A stretch of DNA of 64,000 nucleotides from Candidatus Sericytochromatia bacterium (GCA_035285865.1 JAYKHS010000030.1:1-64000); one strand, 5' to 3'; positions 46,403-56,007 are shown, counted from the first letter of the stretch. Notes: generated by a model not told the origin, from the sequence alone. A program made the numbers and translations.

Positions 46403-48222
46403 TACCGTGTCTGCATACCCCGCAGGCACCGCCGGTGCAACTCGTCCATCGAGACGAGCACGGACGTCGGCCGGCCATGCGGACAGGTGAAGGGCTGGTC
46501 GCACTGCCGCCAGAGTTGCAGCAGGCGCTCCATCCGCGGCATGTCCAGGCGGTCCCCGGCCTTGGTCGCGCCGTGGCAGGCCAGCGTGACCCGCCATCGG
46601 TCCGACGGGTCGAGGTGTGCGAGTTCCCCCCCATCCCGGGTCTGTTCCAGAAGCCGGGCAATGATGGCTGGACCTTGTCCCTCCGGCAGGAGAGCCGGCA
46701 CGGCCGTCATGTTGTCGTCGGCATCGAAGGCGAAACCCATCCGCGTGAAGGCTTGGCGATGTTCCGCCAGCAGACCGCGCCATTCCGGCGAGAGGTCGAG
46801 GGGCTGTGGCAGCAGCAGGGCTTGCGATACGGCCTCTGCTTCGCCCAACTGCTCATACAGGTAGCGCTCGTGCGCGTTGTGCTGGTCGATGAGCAACACC
46901 CCGTCGGGATGGATCGCGATCATGTAGGTCTCGTGCAGTTGGCCCACGATCCTGAGGGCATCCCACGGATAGGTCCGCCCGTCCGGCACGGGGGCACGCC
47001 GGACTGTATCCGGATTCGGCGAGGACCAGGACAGACGCTCCTGGACTGCTCGGCCTTCGAGCACCAGCGGGGGCGGCATGGTTGCCATACTTTGTGATGA
47101 TTGCCAGCCGCTCGAATCCGTCACCGTGGGCACGGGAGTGGCGCCTTGCATGCCGGGGACGAGGCTGCGCGGATGCGCGGCGGGCAGCGTGCGCGTCATT
47201 TCGAAGGTCCCGCGCTGCGGTTCCGAATGTGCAGCATCCCGCTGGCGCATGGCGGCACCCACGGCTTGCCGGATGAGTCCGTGCAGGGCGCCCGCATCGG
47301 CGAGCCGAACCTCCCGCTTGGTCGGATGCACGTTGAAGTCCACCCGGGTGGGGTCGAGCCGCAGGTCCAGGACATAGATGGGATGCCTGCTGGGGGGGAC
47401 GTGGCCAGCCATGGCCTCGTCCACGGCTCGGGCAAGCGCGGGATGACGGATGGGCCTGCCGTTCACGAACAGCCATTGTCGGCTGCGATCGCCCCGAATC
47501 ATCTCCGGTGGGCACAGCAGCCCCGTGAGCTCGCCGATGGGTGTAGCCGCGTGCACCGGCAGGAGGCGGTCCGAGGTGCCCGGTCCGAGGATATGGGCAA
47601 GGATGGAGCCCATGTCGGCGAGCCCGTGGGTATCGAGCACGACCTTGCCTTGGACCGTGATCCGGAAGTTCACCTCGGGGTGCGCGATCGCCACGGCGGT
47701 CAGGGCTTCGACGACGTGGCCCGTCTCCGTGGAGTCGGTGCGCAGGAATTTCAGTCGTGCCGGCGTGCCGGCGAAAAGATCCGTGACCTGAACGCTGGTT
47801 CCCGGTGCGCCAGCTGCCGGGGTCAGCGCACCCAAGTCACCCATCGCGCACGTCAGGCTCCAGGCCTGTTCCAATCCGGGGGGGCGTGAACGGATGGTGA
47901 CCCGTGCGACGGCACCAAGGGCCGCGAGGGCCTCGCCGCGAAACCCCATCGTTGCCAAGGCCTCGAGGTCCGACAGCGCACGCACCTTGCTCGTCGCGAA
48001 GCGCTCGAAGGCCATCGGCAAGTCCTCAGGCGCGATGCCGCAGCCGTCATCGACGACTTGGAGCGTTCTGCCGCCATCGGCCACGAGGACCTCGATGCGG
48101 GTTGCGCCGGCATCCAACGCGTTGTCCACGAGTTCGCGCGCGGCATTGGCCGGACGCTCGACCACCTCGCCCGCGGCAATCTGGTTGGCGAGCACGTCGG
48201 GTAGTCGGTGGATACGCGGCAT
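46402..48222 (-). CDS. mutL: DNA mismatch repair endonuclease MutL (606 aa)
   Basis: [54 protein letters not shown] -10 lies 7 nt before the ATG. Confidence 0.96.
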   Translation of the reverse strand: MPRIHRLPDVLANQIAAGEVVERPANAARELVDNALDAGATRIEVLVADGGRTLQVVDDGCGIAPEDLPMAFERFATSKVRALSDLEALATMGFRGEALAALGAVARVTIRSRPPGLEQAWSLTCAMGDLGALTPAAGAPGTSVQVTDLFAGTPARLKFLRTDSTETGHVVEALTAVAIAHPEVNFRITVQGKVVLDTHGLADMGSILAHILGPGTSDRLLPVHAATPIGELTGLLCPPEMIRGDRSRQWLFVNGRPIRHPALARAVDEAMAGHVPPSRHPIYVLDLRLDPTRVDFNVHPTKREVRLADAGALHGLIRQAVGAAMRQRDAAHSEPQRGTFEMTRTLPAAHPRSLVPGMQGATPVPTVTDSSGWQSSQSMATMPPPLVLEGRAVQERLSWSSPNPDTVRRAPVPDGRTYPWDALRIVGQLHETYMIAIHPDGVLLIDQHNAHERYLYEQLGEAEAVSQALLLPQPLDLSPEWRGLLAEHRQAFTRMGFAFDADDNMTAVPALLPEGQGPAIIARLLEQTRDGGELAHLDPSDRWRVTLACHGATKAGDRLDMPRMERLLQLWRQCDQPFTCPHGRPTSVLVSMDELHRRCLRGMQTR

Positions 48223-48265
48223 GGGGCCGATCCTAGCCCCGGAGAGCCACGGCGGCAACCTGGGT

Positions 48266-48985
48266 ATGATGCCCCGGGACGTCATGGAAGAGCCGTCGGA
48301 AGATCGCGTGCATCCGCTCTGGTTGCCTCCTGTGGGGGGTGGGCCCCTGCAGCCGCATCTCGCCATTCTGGACCTGGCGCGTGAAAGCGGCGAGGAGGCC
48401 GGCCGCGTGGTGGAGGCCCTGCTGTCCAGCGGTCAGTTCCATCAGGCGGCGCGTTGCCTCGAGGTGCTGGCCCAGGAGGGCCTCGGTCTCGAGACCGCCG
48501 GCAGGGATCGACTCGACCCCGAGGCACCCGAGTTCGGGGCATTCCATGCCACGATCCTGCTGCTTTTGCGTTCCGGGGTGCTGTATGGCCGTGCCGGGCG
48601 CCCGAAGACGGCAGGTGCCGTCTTTCGTCGGGCCCTGATCTTCGTCGAGGATACGCTCCGTGAAGTTCCCGGGCAGCCTGCTCCGGGCCGGGGTGGCTTG
48701 TGGAGTCTCGGTGTCACCTTCGAGCTTGCGGGTCATGTCTGTGTCGCGCTTGGCGAGCAGGACGGCCTTGCCTACTACGGGGCCGCGCTCGACTACTGGG
48801 AGCGGGCCGAACGGGCACATCCCGAGGACCTGGGGACGTTGACGGGCCATCCCGTCACGCGTACGGTCATCTCGTGCCTCGAGCCCGCTACGGCGCGCCT
48901 TGACCTGGATGAGGCCTGGCGCACCCTGCTGCTCACGGCCGATTACCCCACGAGGCTGGATTCAGCCAGAAGCCTGTTGCGATGA
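48266..48985 (+). CDS. Hypothetical TPR-like helical protein (about 235-240 aa)
   Basis: Helical Ala/Leu pattern; ATGA overlap with the DnaJ-domain gene; start uncertain (48266/48269/48284). Confidence 0.65.
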   Translation: MMPRDVMEEPSEDRVHPLWLPPVGGGPLQPHLAILDLARESGEEAGRVVEALLSSGQFHQAARCLEVLAQEGLGLETAGRDRLDPEAPEFGAFHATILLLLRSGVLYGRAGRPKTAGAVFRRALIFVEDTLREVPGQPAPGRGGLWSLGVTFELAGHVCVALGEQDGLAYYGAALDYWERAERAHPEDLGTLTGHPVTRTVISCLEPATARLDLDEAWRTLLLTADYPTRLDSARSLLR

Positions 48986-49695
48986 CGATGTCGGCACCTA
49001 CCGAAGACCTTTACGCGATCCTGGGTGTTTCCGAGGATGCCGATGATGCGGCCCTGAAGGATGCGTTCCGCCGCTTGAGCCGGGAGCTGCATCCCGATCG
49101 CTATGTGGGTGACGTCGACAAGCAGGAAGAGGTCCAGGCCCAATTTGCCAAGGTTTCCGGTGCTTACAACGTCCTGAAGGATCCCGAGCAGCGTTCCGAG
49201 TACGACTTCACGCGGCGTCTGCTGGGCAACACCCAGTCGGCACCATCTGCGGCCCCTGCCTCTGATTTCCGCAACTCCCGGGCCAAAGCCTGTTACAACG
49301 CCGCCATGGCCTTGCAGGCCGAGGGCGAGATTGGCAAGGCGATCGAGTCGGCCAAGGAAGCCATCTCCCTTGATGCCAACGAGGCGACCTACCGGACCTT
49401 GCTGGCCGCCCTCTATGCCCGCAAGGGCTGGAGCAGCTATGCCAAGGCGGAACTGGACGTGGCCCTGCGCCTGAACCCCGAGGACGAGGCGGCCCAGAAG
49501 TTGATGCGGCGCTTGCAACGCGAGGCCCAGGAGGCGGAGGCTGGCCAGGTCGAGGAGCGGCCGACCAAGGGGCGGGGAAAGAAGGCCAAGCGTCGGCCGG
49601 ATGTCGAGGTCAAGGGCGTGCGCAGCCTCAAGCGCCGTCGCAAGACGGTGTGGGAGATGCTTTTCGGCTGGATGTCGCGCAAGAAGGCACGCTGA
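48982..49695 (+). CDS. J-domain (DnaJ-like) protein with TPR and basic C-terminal tail (237 aa)
   Basis: DLYAILGV...LHPDR...AYNVLKDPEQRSEYD; TPR-like repeats follow. Confidence 0.88.
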   Translation: MTMSAPTEDLYAILGVSEDADDAALKDAFRRLSRELHPDRYVGDVDKQEEVQAQFAKVSGAYNVLKDPEQRSEYDFTRRLLGNTQSAPSAAPASDFRNSRAKACYNAAMALQAEGEIGKAIESAKEAISLDANEATYRTLLAALYARKGWSSYAKAELDVALRLNPEDEAAQKLMRRLQREAQEAEAGQVEERPTKGRGKKAKRRPDVEVKGVRSLKRRRKTVWEMLFGWMSRKKAR

Positions 49696-49697
49696 AG

Positions 49698-50282
49698 ATG
49701 CCAGCCAAGTTCCGCTATCGCATGGCGACGGTGCTGGACCTGCGGGTGAAGCGCGAGGACAAGCTGACGCAGGAGAAGGCGAAGCGGGAGCGCGAGCGAG
49801 ATCAGGAGCGTGACTTGCGCGATGAGCTCAAGGCGCGGCTCGCGGCGGCACGGCGTTCGATGGGGGCGTCGCTTGCCTCGGGCCAGGCGGCCAACGTGCA
49901 GATGGGCAATGACTATGCCGCTGTGCTCGAGAAGAAGCTTGAAGCTCAGGAAAAGCGCCTGCGCGAGGCCGAGGGTGCCGTCGACCAGGCGGATCAGGAC
50001 CTCAAGCTGGCCAAGCGCGAGGTCAAGATTCTCGAGAAGCACAAGGACAAGGCCAAGGAGCGTTGGTCGGCCGAGATGGCCCGCAAGGACGCGATGCTTC
50101 TGGACGAGATGGCCGTGCAGGGCTACCTGAAGAAGGAGCGCTTGCGCATCGAGGAGGACGAGCAGGAAGCGGCGCGCGAGGCAGCCCTCGAGGCTGAATC
50201 GGCTTGGATGGCCGGGCTGATCCAGGCCTCGGAGCAAGCCGCGCCGCGTCGATTGGGTCTGGTCAGGAAGGAGCAGTCATGA
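49698..50282 (+). CDS. fliJ: Flagellar / type III export chaperone escort FliJ-like (194 aa)
   Basis: KFRYRMATVLDLR start and KREVKILEKHKDK...LLDEMA near the end, typical of FliJ/YscO. Confidence 0.75.
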   Translation: MPAKFRYRMATVLDLRVKREDKLTQEKAKRERERDQERDLRDELKARLAAARRSMGASLASGQAANVQMGNDYAAVLEKKLEAQEKRLREAEGAVDQADQDLKLAKREVKILEKHKDKAKERWSAEMARKDAMLLDEMAVQGYLKKERLRIEEDEQEAAREAALEAESAWMAGLIQASEQAAPRRLGLVRKEQS

Positions 50283-51061
50283 TTCCCGTTCCCCCCATCC
50301 AGCCGCCCAAGGCGCCCAAGGTGGCTCCGCAGGACGTCGAGAATCCGGATCATGACCGCAAGGTCGAGGAGGCTCGCGAGGATCGCGAGGCTGTCGAAAG
50401 GCGGCCGTTCCTGCACTATCTGGCCCAGATCGTGCCCGGCTTGCTGCCCGGTACCCTTTCGGACGAGGCGTTGGCTGCGGCGGATGCCGCCGGAGCCGTG
50501 GCCGGTCTCGTCCTCGACGTCGACACGGACAAGGGGGCAGATGCGTCGCGGGCGTGGGAATCGTGGTTCCAGCAACAGCCTCACCCGGGCCTGCAACCCC
50601 TGGTGCCGCCCGATATGGGCGTTGCGGTCGACGATGCGCCTGCCGTGCGCATGCGGCCGGGCCTCGAGGTACCGGCTATTCCCGGGCTGGTGCGCGCCGA
50701 AATCGTGCGTGCGCAACCAGGCGAGGTGCCCGCCACCACCTTGCGATTCCAGTTGGCACCTGAGCATCTGGGGAAGCTGGATCTCTCATTCACGTATGCG
50801 CAGCAGAAAGTCAGCGTGACCATCGTCGCGCAATCGCAGGCCGCCCGTGAACAACTCGCCGAGAAGCTTGGCCAGATCCGCGACATCCTCCACCAACATC
50901 GGCTGCAGGCCGACAAGGTCGAGATCGCCGTAGAGGGCCGGAGCAGATCAGGTGGCGCGCGTCAGGATGCGGACCTGGGGGCCGGCGGAGCGGGTGGACG
51001 GTTGCCACGCCGCAGACTCAGGAAGCCCACGGCAGAAGGTGAAGACATCACCATCTCGTGA
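50279..51061 (+). CDS. fliK: Flagellar hook-length control protein FliK-like (C-terminal T3S4 domain; 260 aa)
   Basis: LRFQLAPEHLGKLDL...AREQLAEKLGQIRDIL; follows fliJ with ATGA overlap. Confidence 0.68.
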   Translation: MIPVPPIQPPKAPKVAPQDVENPDHDRKVEEAREDREAVERRPFLHYLAQIVPGLLPGTLSDEALAAADAAGAVAGLVLDVDTDKGADASRAWESWFQQQPHPGLQPLVPPDMGVAVDDAPAVRMRPGLEVPAIPGLVRAEIVRAQPGEVPATTLRFQLAPEHLGKLDLSFTYAQQKVSVTIVAQSQAAREQLAEKLGQIRDILHQHRLQADKVEIAVEGRSRSGGARQDADLGAGGAGGRLPRRRLRKPTAEGEDITIS

Positions 51062-51095
51062 GATTCGGCCCGTCCCGCCCGGGCGGGTCGCGGGC

Positions 51096-51371
51096 TCAGC
51101 GGGCCGCGAGCGAGAAGGGCCAGAGCGCCCGGCGTGGCTCAGGGCTGCGGAAGGCCTGCAGCAGCACGGTCCGCTCCAGATGCTCCTCGCGCTCTGCCAG
51201 GCGACACTGGAGGGCCTCGCGTCCGCGCTCAGCCGCCACCAGTGCCTCGCGCAGACGGGCGATCTCGGCGTGTGCTTCGTGGCGGTCGCGCTCGAGCCGC
51301 GCGATGCGCGTGCGCAGACGTCCGGCCACGGCGGACGGAAGATGGGGTGGTGCGACGACGTCGGGGGTCAA
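51096..51371 (-). CDS. Small coiled-coil hypothetical protein (91 aa)
   Basis: TTG start after AGGGAG; heptad pattern; ends RRALWPF. Confidence 0.55.
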   Translation of the reverse strand: MTPDVVAPPHLPSAVAGRLRTRIARLERDRHEAHAEIARLREALVAAERGREALQCRLAEREEHLERTVLLQAFRSPEPRRALWPFSLAAR

Positions 51372-51442
51372 GTGGCAGGCTCCCTAGGACTGAACCTTGT
51401 GCAACGGTCACAAAGTTAACACGCTCTTTTCGGGCTTCGGAA

Positions 51443-51521
51443 GGTGGATATCCCCGATTGATGGTGGATAGCTGAAAGTTTCTCGGTGGAAATTTCAGGA
51501 GTACCGGTGGACTGCGGTGGA
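51443..51521 (-). repeat. Cluster of five co-oriented TCCACC boxes (DnaA-box-like)
   Basis: GGTGGA at 51443, 51463, 51485, 51506 and 51516 on the + strand, in an intergenic, relatively AT-rich stretch. Confidence 0.75.
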
Positions 51522-51538
51522 AAAGGCCGGGAGACCTT

Positions 51539-52510
51539 TCACGGGGCGTTGGCGATCTCGACTTCCACCGGTTCGCTGGCCCGGTGACGTCCCTCGTGGG
51601 TCCAGGCATAGAGTCGGATGCGGTGGGTGCCGTCCTCGATACCCGTGGTGTCCAGGGGCACCTCCATCTGTGCCGAGAGACGGGTTTCCGAGACCACGGC
51701 GCGGCCATCGACCGCGACCTGCAGCAGACGGAAGGCCTGGGGATTGTCCAGTCTGACCTTGAGGAAGGTCGTGTAGCGCAGGGTGTTTCCGGCCGTCGGC
51801 CAATTGAGTGCCACGTTACCCGTCGTCCGGGCCTGTTCCCGAGGGGCTTCTTCAGGAACAGAGGCCAGGGCCTGCGGCGGCTCACGCCGAGGATCCGCGA
51901 TGCGCTCCGCCTCCACTGCGGCCGGCTTGGCTGCCGTGGCACGCCGGACAGCCGCGGCGACGCGCGCATCGATCAGCGCCTCGAATCTCTCTGCCGTCAA
52001 GGCGGGTCGATTCGCGACACGCGGGGCAGGACGGGAAACAGGTTCTCCCGAGGGAGCGTAGACCGTGTCGACAGGGGCAGGCACGGTTGCCGCCCGAGGC
52101 TGGATCATCGTCTCGGCGACGGTCTCGGTGGCGACCGGAGCAGGCGCTTGCGGGGCGGGAGCAGTGGACTCCTGCGAGCCGCCCCAGGTCCGCCCAAGCA
52201 CGAAGGCAGCCAACAGCGCGGCAAGCGTCCAGCCAAGCGTCGCATCGCCCTGGCTCCGCCGCCGAGCGCGCGGAGCGCTGGCGAGGCGTTCGGCTCTGGC
52301 CGCGACGAGTCTTCTGGTGACGGAACGGACGCGCGGCGTGTCGACGAGGCGCGCCGGCCTGCTGCCTGCTGCCCGTTGTCCAAGGGCCTGGTCACGCGCG
52401 GCCCGGCAGGCCTTGCACACGTTGTCCTGGCCGCAGGGTTCACACAGCGGGATGCGGCAGCGCTGACACTGGACGGTGCCGGGCTCGTGCTGGTGATAGA
52501 TGCAGATCAC
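51539..52510 (-). CDS. Membrane protein: N-terminal B-box-like Zn finger, one TM, PT-rich linker, C-terminal Ig-like domain (323 aa)
   Basis: CxxH...CxxC...CxxC...CxxC; TM LGWTLAALLAAFVLG; LDTTGIEDGTHRIRLYAW; RBS GAGGAG. Confidence 0.78.
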   Translation of the reverse strand: MICIYHQHEPGTVQCQRCRIPLCEPCGQDNVCKACRAARDQALGQRAAGSRPARLVDTPRVRSVTRRLVAARAERLASAPRARRRSQGDATLGWTLAALLAAFVLGRTWGGSQESTAPAPQAPAPVATETVAETMIQPRAATVPAPVDTVYAPSGEPVSRPAPRVANRPALTAERFEALIDARVAAAVRRATAAKPAAVEAERIADPRREPPQALASVPEEAPREQARTTGNVALNWPTAGNTLRYTTFLKVRLDNPQAFRLLQVAVDGRAVVSETRLSAQMEVPLDTTGIEDGTHRIRLYAWTHEGRHRASEPVEVEIANAP

Positions 52511-52637
52511 GTGGCGCTCTCCTCTTCGGAGTTATCGGGTCACGCCGCCCGAACTGCCCCAAGGCCGGGTTAAGTCCCGGCGAAGAATCGATGCAGATGC
52601 ATCCGGGGGCTGCCGGTGCTAGGCTTGGGGCCGAGCC

Positions 52638-53792
52638 ATGGTTTCCGAGCGGCACGAACTTCCTTCTCTCGCCAATCTCCGCGGTGCGTGGCTGGAGATT
52701 GACCTGGGGGCTTACCGGCACAACGTTTCGGCTCTGCGTGGCTGGCTTGCCCCCCACACCCACCTGATGGCCGTCATCAAGGCCGACGGCTACGGTGCAG
52801 GCGCACTGCCCCTCGCGCGAACGGCCGTCCAGGCGGGTGCTGACCGCCTCGCCGTGGCGACGGTCGGCGAGGGCATCCGCCTCCGACAGGCAGGTATCGT
52901 CCACCCCATCCTGCTGTTGTCCCTGGTTCCGCCCGAGGCCTGGGCCTCGGCTCTGCGCAACGGGCTCGAGCTTACGGTTTCCGATGCCACGGCACTTGCG
53001 CGGCTCGCCGAGGTCGCGGGGGAGGTCGGCGTAAGGGCTGCCGTGCACCTCAAGGTCGATACCGGCATGGCTCGGGTAGGCACGGCCCCGGACGACCTCG
53101 GCAAACTGCTGGCAGCCTTCGATAGCGAGGGCAATATCGACCTCGTCGGGCTCTCCAGTCACCTGGCCTCTGCGGATGATCCCGACCCCTGTGCGCTGCA
53201 CGCTGCGCATGACGCCTTTCGCCGCGCGGTTCTTGCGCACGCCTTGCCTGCCGGCACGCTCCGCCACCTCGCCAACTCCGCCGCGACGTTGCGTGCTCCG
53301 GAGACGCACTGGGACATGGTTCGGCCCGGATTGCTGCTGCATGGCGTCGCACCTGGCGTCGCCGTACCGGCGGAACTGGGCTTGCGGCCGGTTTGGACCC
53401 TTCGGGCTCGTTTGATGCAGGTGCGTGTCTTCCCGGCAGGTACCCGGGTGGGTTACGGGGGGAGACATGTCGTCGTGCACGAGACCCGGCTGGGAGTCTT
53501 GCCTGTAGGTTACGCGGACGGGCTGCCGCGTGCGCTCGAGGGGCAAGGACAGGTCCTTGTCGGCGGTCGGCGACGGCCGATGGTCGGTGCCGTCTCGATG
53601 GATCAGGTCGTGGTTGACCTGGGACCCGGCGAACTTGCGGAGTACCCGCCCGGAACGGAGGCCGTGCTGGTCGGTCGGCAGGGTGCGGAGGCGATCGAAG
53701 TGACGGATCTGGCCGATTGGGCCCATACGATCCCGTATGAGATTCTTACGGGCTTCGGCCGTCGCCTGCCGCGGGTTTATCCGGGGTCATGA
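52638..53792 (+). CDS. alr: Alanine racemase (384 aa)
   Basis: AVIKADGYG (PLP Lys), HLKVDTGMARVG, HLANSAA, VGYG, GYADG, SMDQ, TIPYEIL. Confidence 0.95.
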   Translation: MVSERHELPSLANLRGAWLEIDLGAYRHNVSALRGWLAPHTHLMAVIKADGYGAGALPLARTAVQAGADRLAVATVGEGIRLRQAGIVHPILLLSLVPPEAWASALRNGLELTVSDATALARLAEVAGEVGVRAAVHLKVDTGMARVGTAPDDLGKLLAAFDSEGNIDLVGLSSHLASADDPDPCALHAAHDAFRRAVLAHALPAGTLRHLANSAATLRAPETHWDMVRPGLLLHGVAPGVAVPAELGLRPVWTLRARLMQVRVFPAGTRVGYGGRHVVVHETRLGVLPVGYADGLPRALEGQGQVLVGGRRRPMVGAVSMDQVVVDLGPGELAEYPPGTEAVLVGRQGAEAIEVTDLADWAHTIPYEILTGFGRRLPRVYPGS

Positions 53793-53813
53793 CTGCCGAA
53801 GCCCGTATCAACA

Positions 53814-54119
53814 TCAAGTGTTCTTGATACGCTTCGCCTTCTTGAGGGCGCTGAGTTGCGCACGCACTTCCAACTCGCGCGCAGCAATCTCCTCTGGCGT
53901 CATCGACTCGAGGATTCGGGCCACCTCGATGCGATCCTGATGACGCGTCTGCAAGGACTTGATCTTAGCGTCGAGCGTGGCCAGCTTGTTTTCATACTGC
54001 GAAACGAGCTGGCTCCTCTTGGCTTCAAGGTCCTGGAGCAACTCGTAAGCGGTCCGCCGAGGCTTGCGCTGAGTTTGTACTGCGTTCTTGGCAGCGGGTT
54101 TGGTCTTCGTTCTCGGCAT
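53814..54119 (-). CDS. Small basic coiled-coil protein (101 aa)
   Basis: RBS AAGGAG before MPRTKTK; Lys/Arg-rich ends; locally lower GC. Confidence 0.7.
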   Translation of the reverse strand: MPRTKTKPAAKNAVQTQRKPRRTAYELLQDLEAKRSQLVSQYENKLATLDAKIKSLQTRHQDRIEVARILESMTPEEIAARELEVRAQLSALKKAKRIKNT

Positions 54120-54397
54120 CCATGTCTCCTTGACCTTGTTTGGGATGTCACCGTTGCGAATCATGGTGGCAGTCCCTGACATATTGAGTTTCCTCATCAA
54201 TAGTCCCCTTATAACGTGGAATCTGACAAGAGCTTAGCTGGCTCTGTCCTGTCTGATCGCAGCAAATTGACCGAAATGTCTTTCCGTCCAGCTCCTGCTG
54301 CTGCCGTCGGATTTCTGGTGCTGCCTCGGGCGCGTCAAGCACGATCGCCTCCCCTCCGGCCGATAGCATGGGGTCCGCCTCAGGAGGGTCCCCTGCC

Positions 54398-54937
54398 ATG
54401 CCGAAGCCCATCGGTTCCTCGTCGTCGGCCGCGCCGGTCGTTTCGGCACCTGTCGTCGCCGAGCCTTGGCCGCAGGTACTCGACAGGGTCCGCACCACGT
54501 TGGCCAGGGATTCAGGAAAGCTTCCTGCAGACGCGGCGGGTCGCAAGGCGTGGGTGAGCCGTGAGACGGCGGTGGTCGCCACGCTCGACAAGGACATGAA
54601 GGTCCTCCGCGATGCCTGGTTCGCCGACAAGATCGATTTCGACACCTTCACCGACCTTTCAGGCAAGGTTTTCGACCGGCACGTGGCCCTCGACCGGGCG
54701 CGCGTGGCCCTTGCCCCCCCCAAGGCTCCGGCAACGCCCGGCAAGCCCGGAACCGGCAAGGAGGCCTGCTCCGACTACATGTCGCCTGACCTGCTCAAGT
54801 TCATCGAGGGCAACCAGCAGAACGGCCTTGGCCTTATCGGTGCCGTCGTCCTTCCTGCCGCGGCCCTGGTCGATCTCGCCACGGTCCTCGGCAAACTGTC
54901 GGCTGCTTGCGAGGCCAAGCCCACGAAGCCTCGTTGA
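54398..54937 (+). CDS. Hypothetical protein with C-terminal hydrophobic segment (179 aa)
   Basis: RBS AGGAGG; TAGCAT -10 at 54364-69 favours ATG 54398 over 54368. Confidence 0.6.
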   Translation: MPKPIGSSSSAAPVVSAPVVAEPWPQVLDRVRTTLARDSGKLPADAAGRKAWVSRETAVVATLDKDMKVLRDAWFADKIDFDTFTDLSGKVFDRHVALDRARVALAPPKAPATPGKPGTGKEACSDYMSPDLLKFIEGNQQNGLGLIGAVVLPAAALVDLATVLGKLSAACEAKPTKPR

Positions 54938-54965
54938 CTCGGGGCCGGTGGGGTATGCAAAGAGC

Positions 54966-55994
54966 ATGACCACCGGCACCACGCAGACCCCCGATTCTGT
55001 TCCCTCCACGCCTGCCCGGAGGGCGTGGACCCAGGCCTTGCGCCAAGCCATAGCCGCCCACGGAAGCGGGCGTTGGATCGAGGCAGAAACGGCTGGACGA
55101 AAGGCCGTGGAGCTTGCACGTGGGCTGCCGATGCCCGAGGGGGGCGCGGACCTTGCGGCCTCGCTCAATCTGCTTGGCAATGTTCTGCAGGGTCTGGGGC
55201 GCGCGCAGGATGCCGCCTCGTGTTACGCAGAGGCCCTTGATCAAGCCGACGAGGTGCGGGCACGCGTGGTCGCCTTGGCGAACCTGGGATCGGCCAGGCG
55301 CGAGGCAGGTGAATTCGTCGTCGCCGAAGAGCATCTTGTCGAGGGTCTGGCGCTTGCGCGCGATGAAGTGCCGGATCAGGTGGAAGGGCTGCTCGACAAG
55401 CTGGGGCGGCTGTTCCAGCAGACGGAGCGTGCCGAGGAAGCGCTGCGCTTTTTCGTGGAGCGGGTGGAGCGCACGGCCCCGCCCGACGGGGCCGAGGGAG
55501 ACCTCGCCAAGCCGACGGATGCCCACCTGGATGCGCTCTTTCATCTGGCTGCCGCTGCACTCGAACATGGGGATGCGGTTCAGGCCGCGAACTGGTTCCG
55601 GGATCTCTCGGACAAGATGACGGTGCGCGGCGGTGCACGAAGCCTCGGGCGTGCTCAGGCGCTTACGGGACTTGCCCGCGCCCATCAGCTCGCAGGTCGG
55701 CATGCGGAAGCGGTAGCCTCCGCGCGCGAGGCCCTGGAGGTCCGTGAGGCCATGCTGGGCAGGGATCATCCCGAGCTGCTCTCGGCCCGCCACAATCTGG
55801 CCCACGTCCTTCTTGCCGCGGGCAAGGCGCGGGAGGCCGAGCCTCTGGCCCGGGCGGTCATGGATGCTGTCGCGGGCCTTCCTGCCGATGACGGGCGCCG
55901 GACGGCTGCTCTGGAGGTGCTCGTCGGCGTGCTCGAGAAGACGGGGCGGCTTCGCGAGGCGGCAACCTTCAAGAAGCAATTGTCGAAGTCTTGA
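54966..55994 (+). CDS. Tetratricopeptide repeat protein (342 aa)
   Basis: LAASLNLLGNVLQGLG, LGRDHPELLSARHNLA TPR repeats. Confidence 0.85.
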   Translation: MTTGTTQTPDSVPSTPARRAWTQALRQAIAAHGSGRWIEAETAGRKAVELARGLPMPEGGADLAASLNLLGNVLQGLGRAQDAASCYAEALDQADEVRARVVALANLGSARREAGEFVVAEEHLVEGLALARDEVPDQVEGLLDKLGRLFQQTERAEEALRFFVERVERTAPPDGAEGDLAKPTDAHLDALFHLAAAALEHGDAVQAANWFRDLSDKMTVRGGARSLGRAQALTGLARAHQLAGRHAEAVASAREALEVREAMLGRDHPELLSARHNLAHVLLAAGKAREAEPLARAVMDAVAGLPADDGRRTAALEVLVGVLEKTGRLREAATFKKQLSKS

Positions 55995-56007
55995 TCAGCT
56001 TCTGCGG

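Noticed and set aside
51398..51414. CRP or Rex site TTGTG-CAACGGT-CACAA
   Set aside because: Spacing is one base short of CRP (TGTGA-N6-TCACA) and of Rex; a single instance is not enough to call.
51443..51521. CRISPR array or Chi-site cluster
   Set aside because: Repeats are only 6-9 bp with 10-22-bp periods, no cas genes are present, and they do not match GCTGGTGG.
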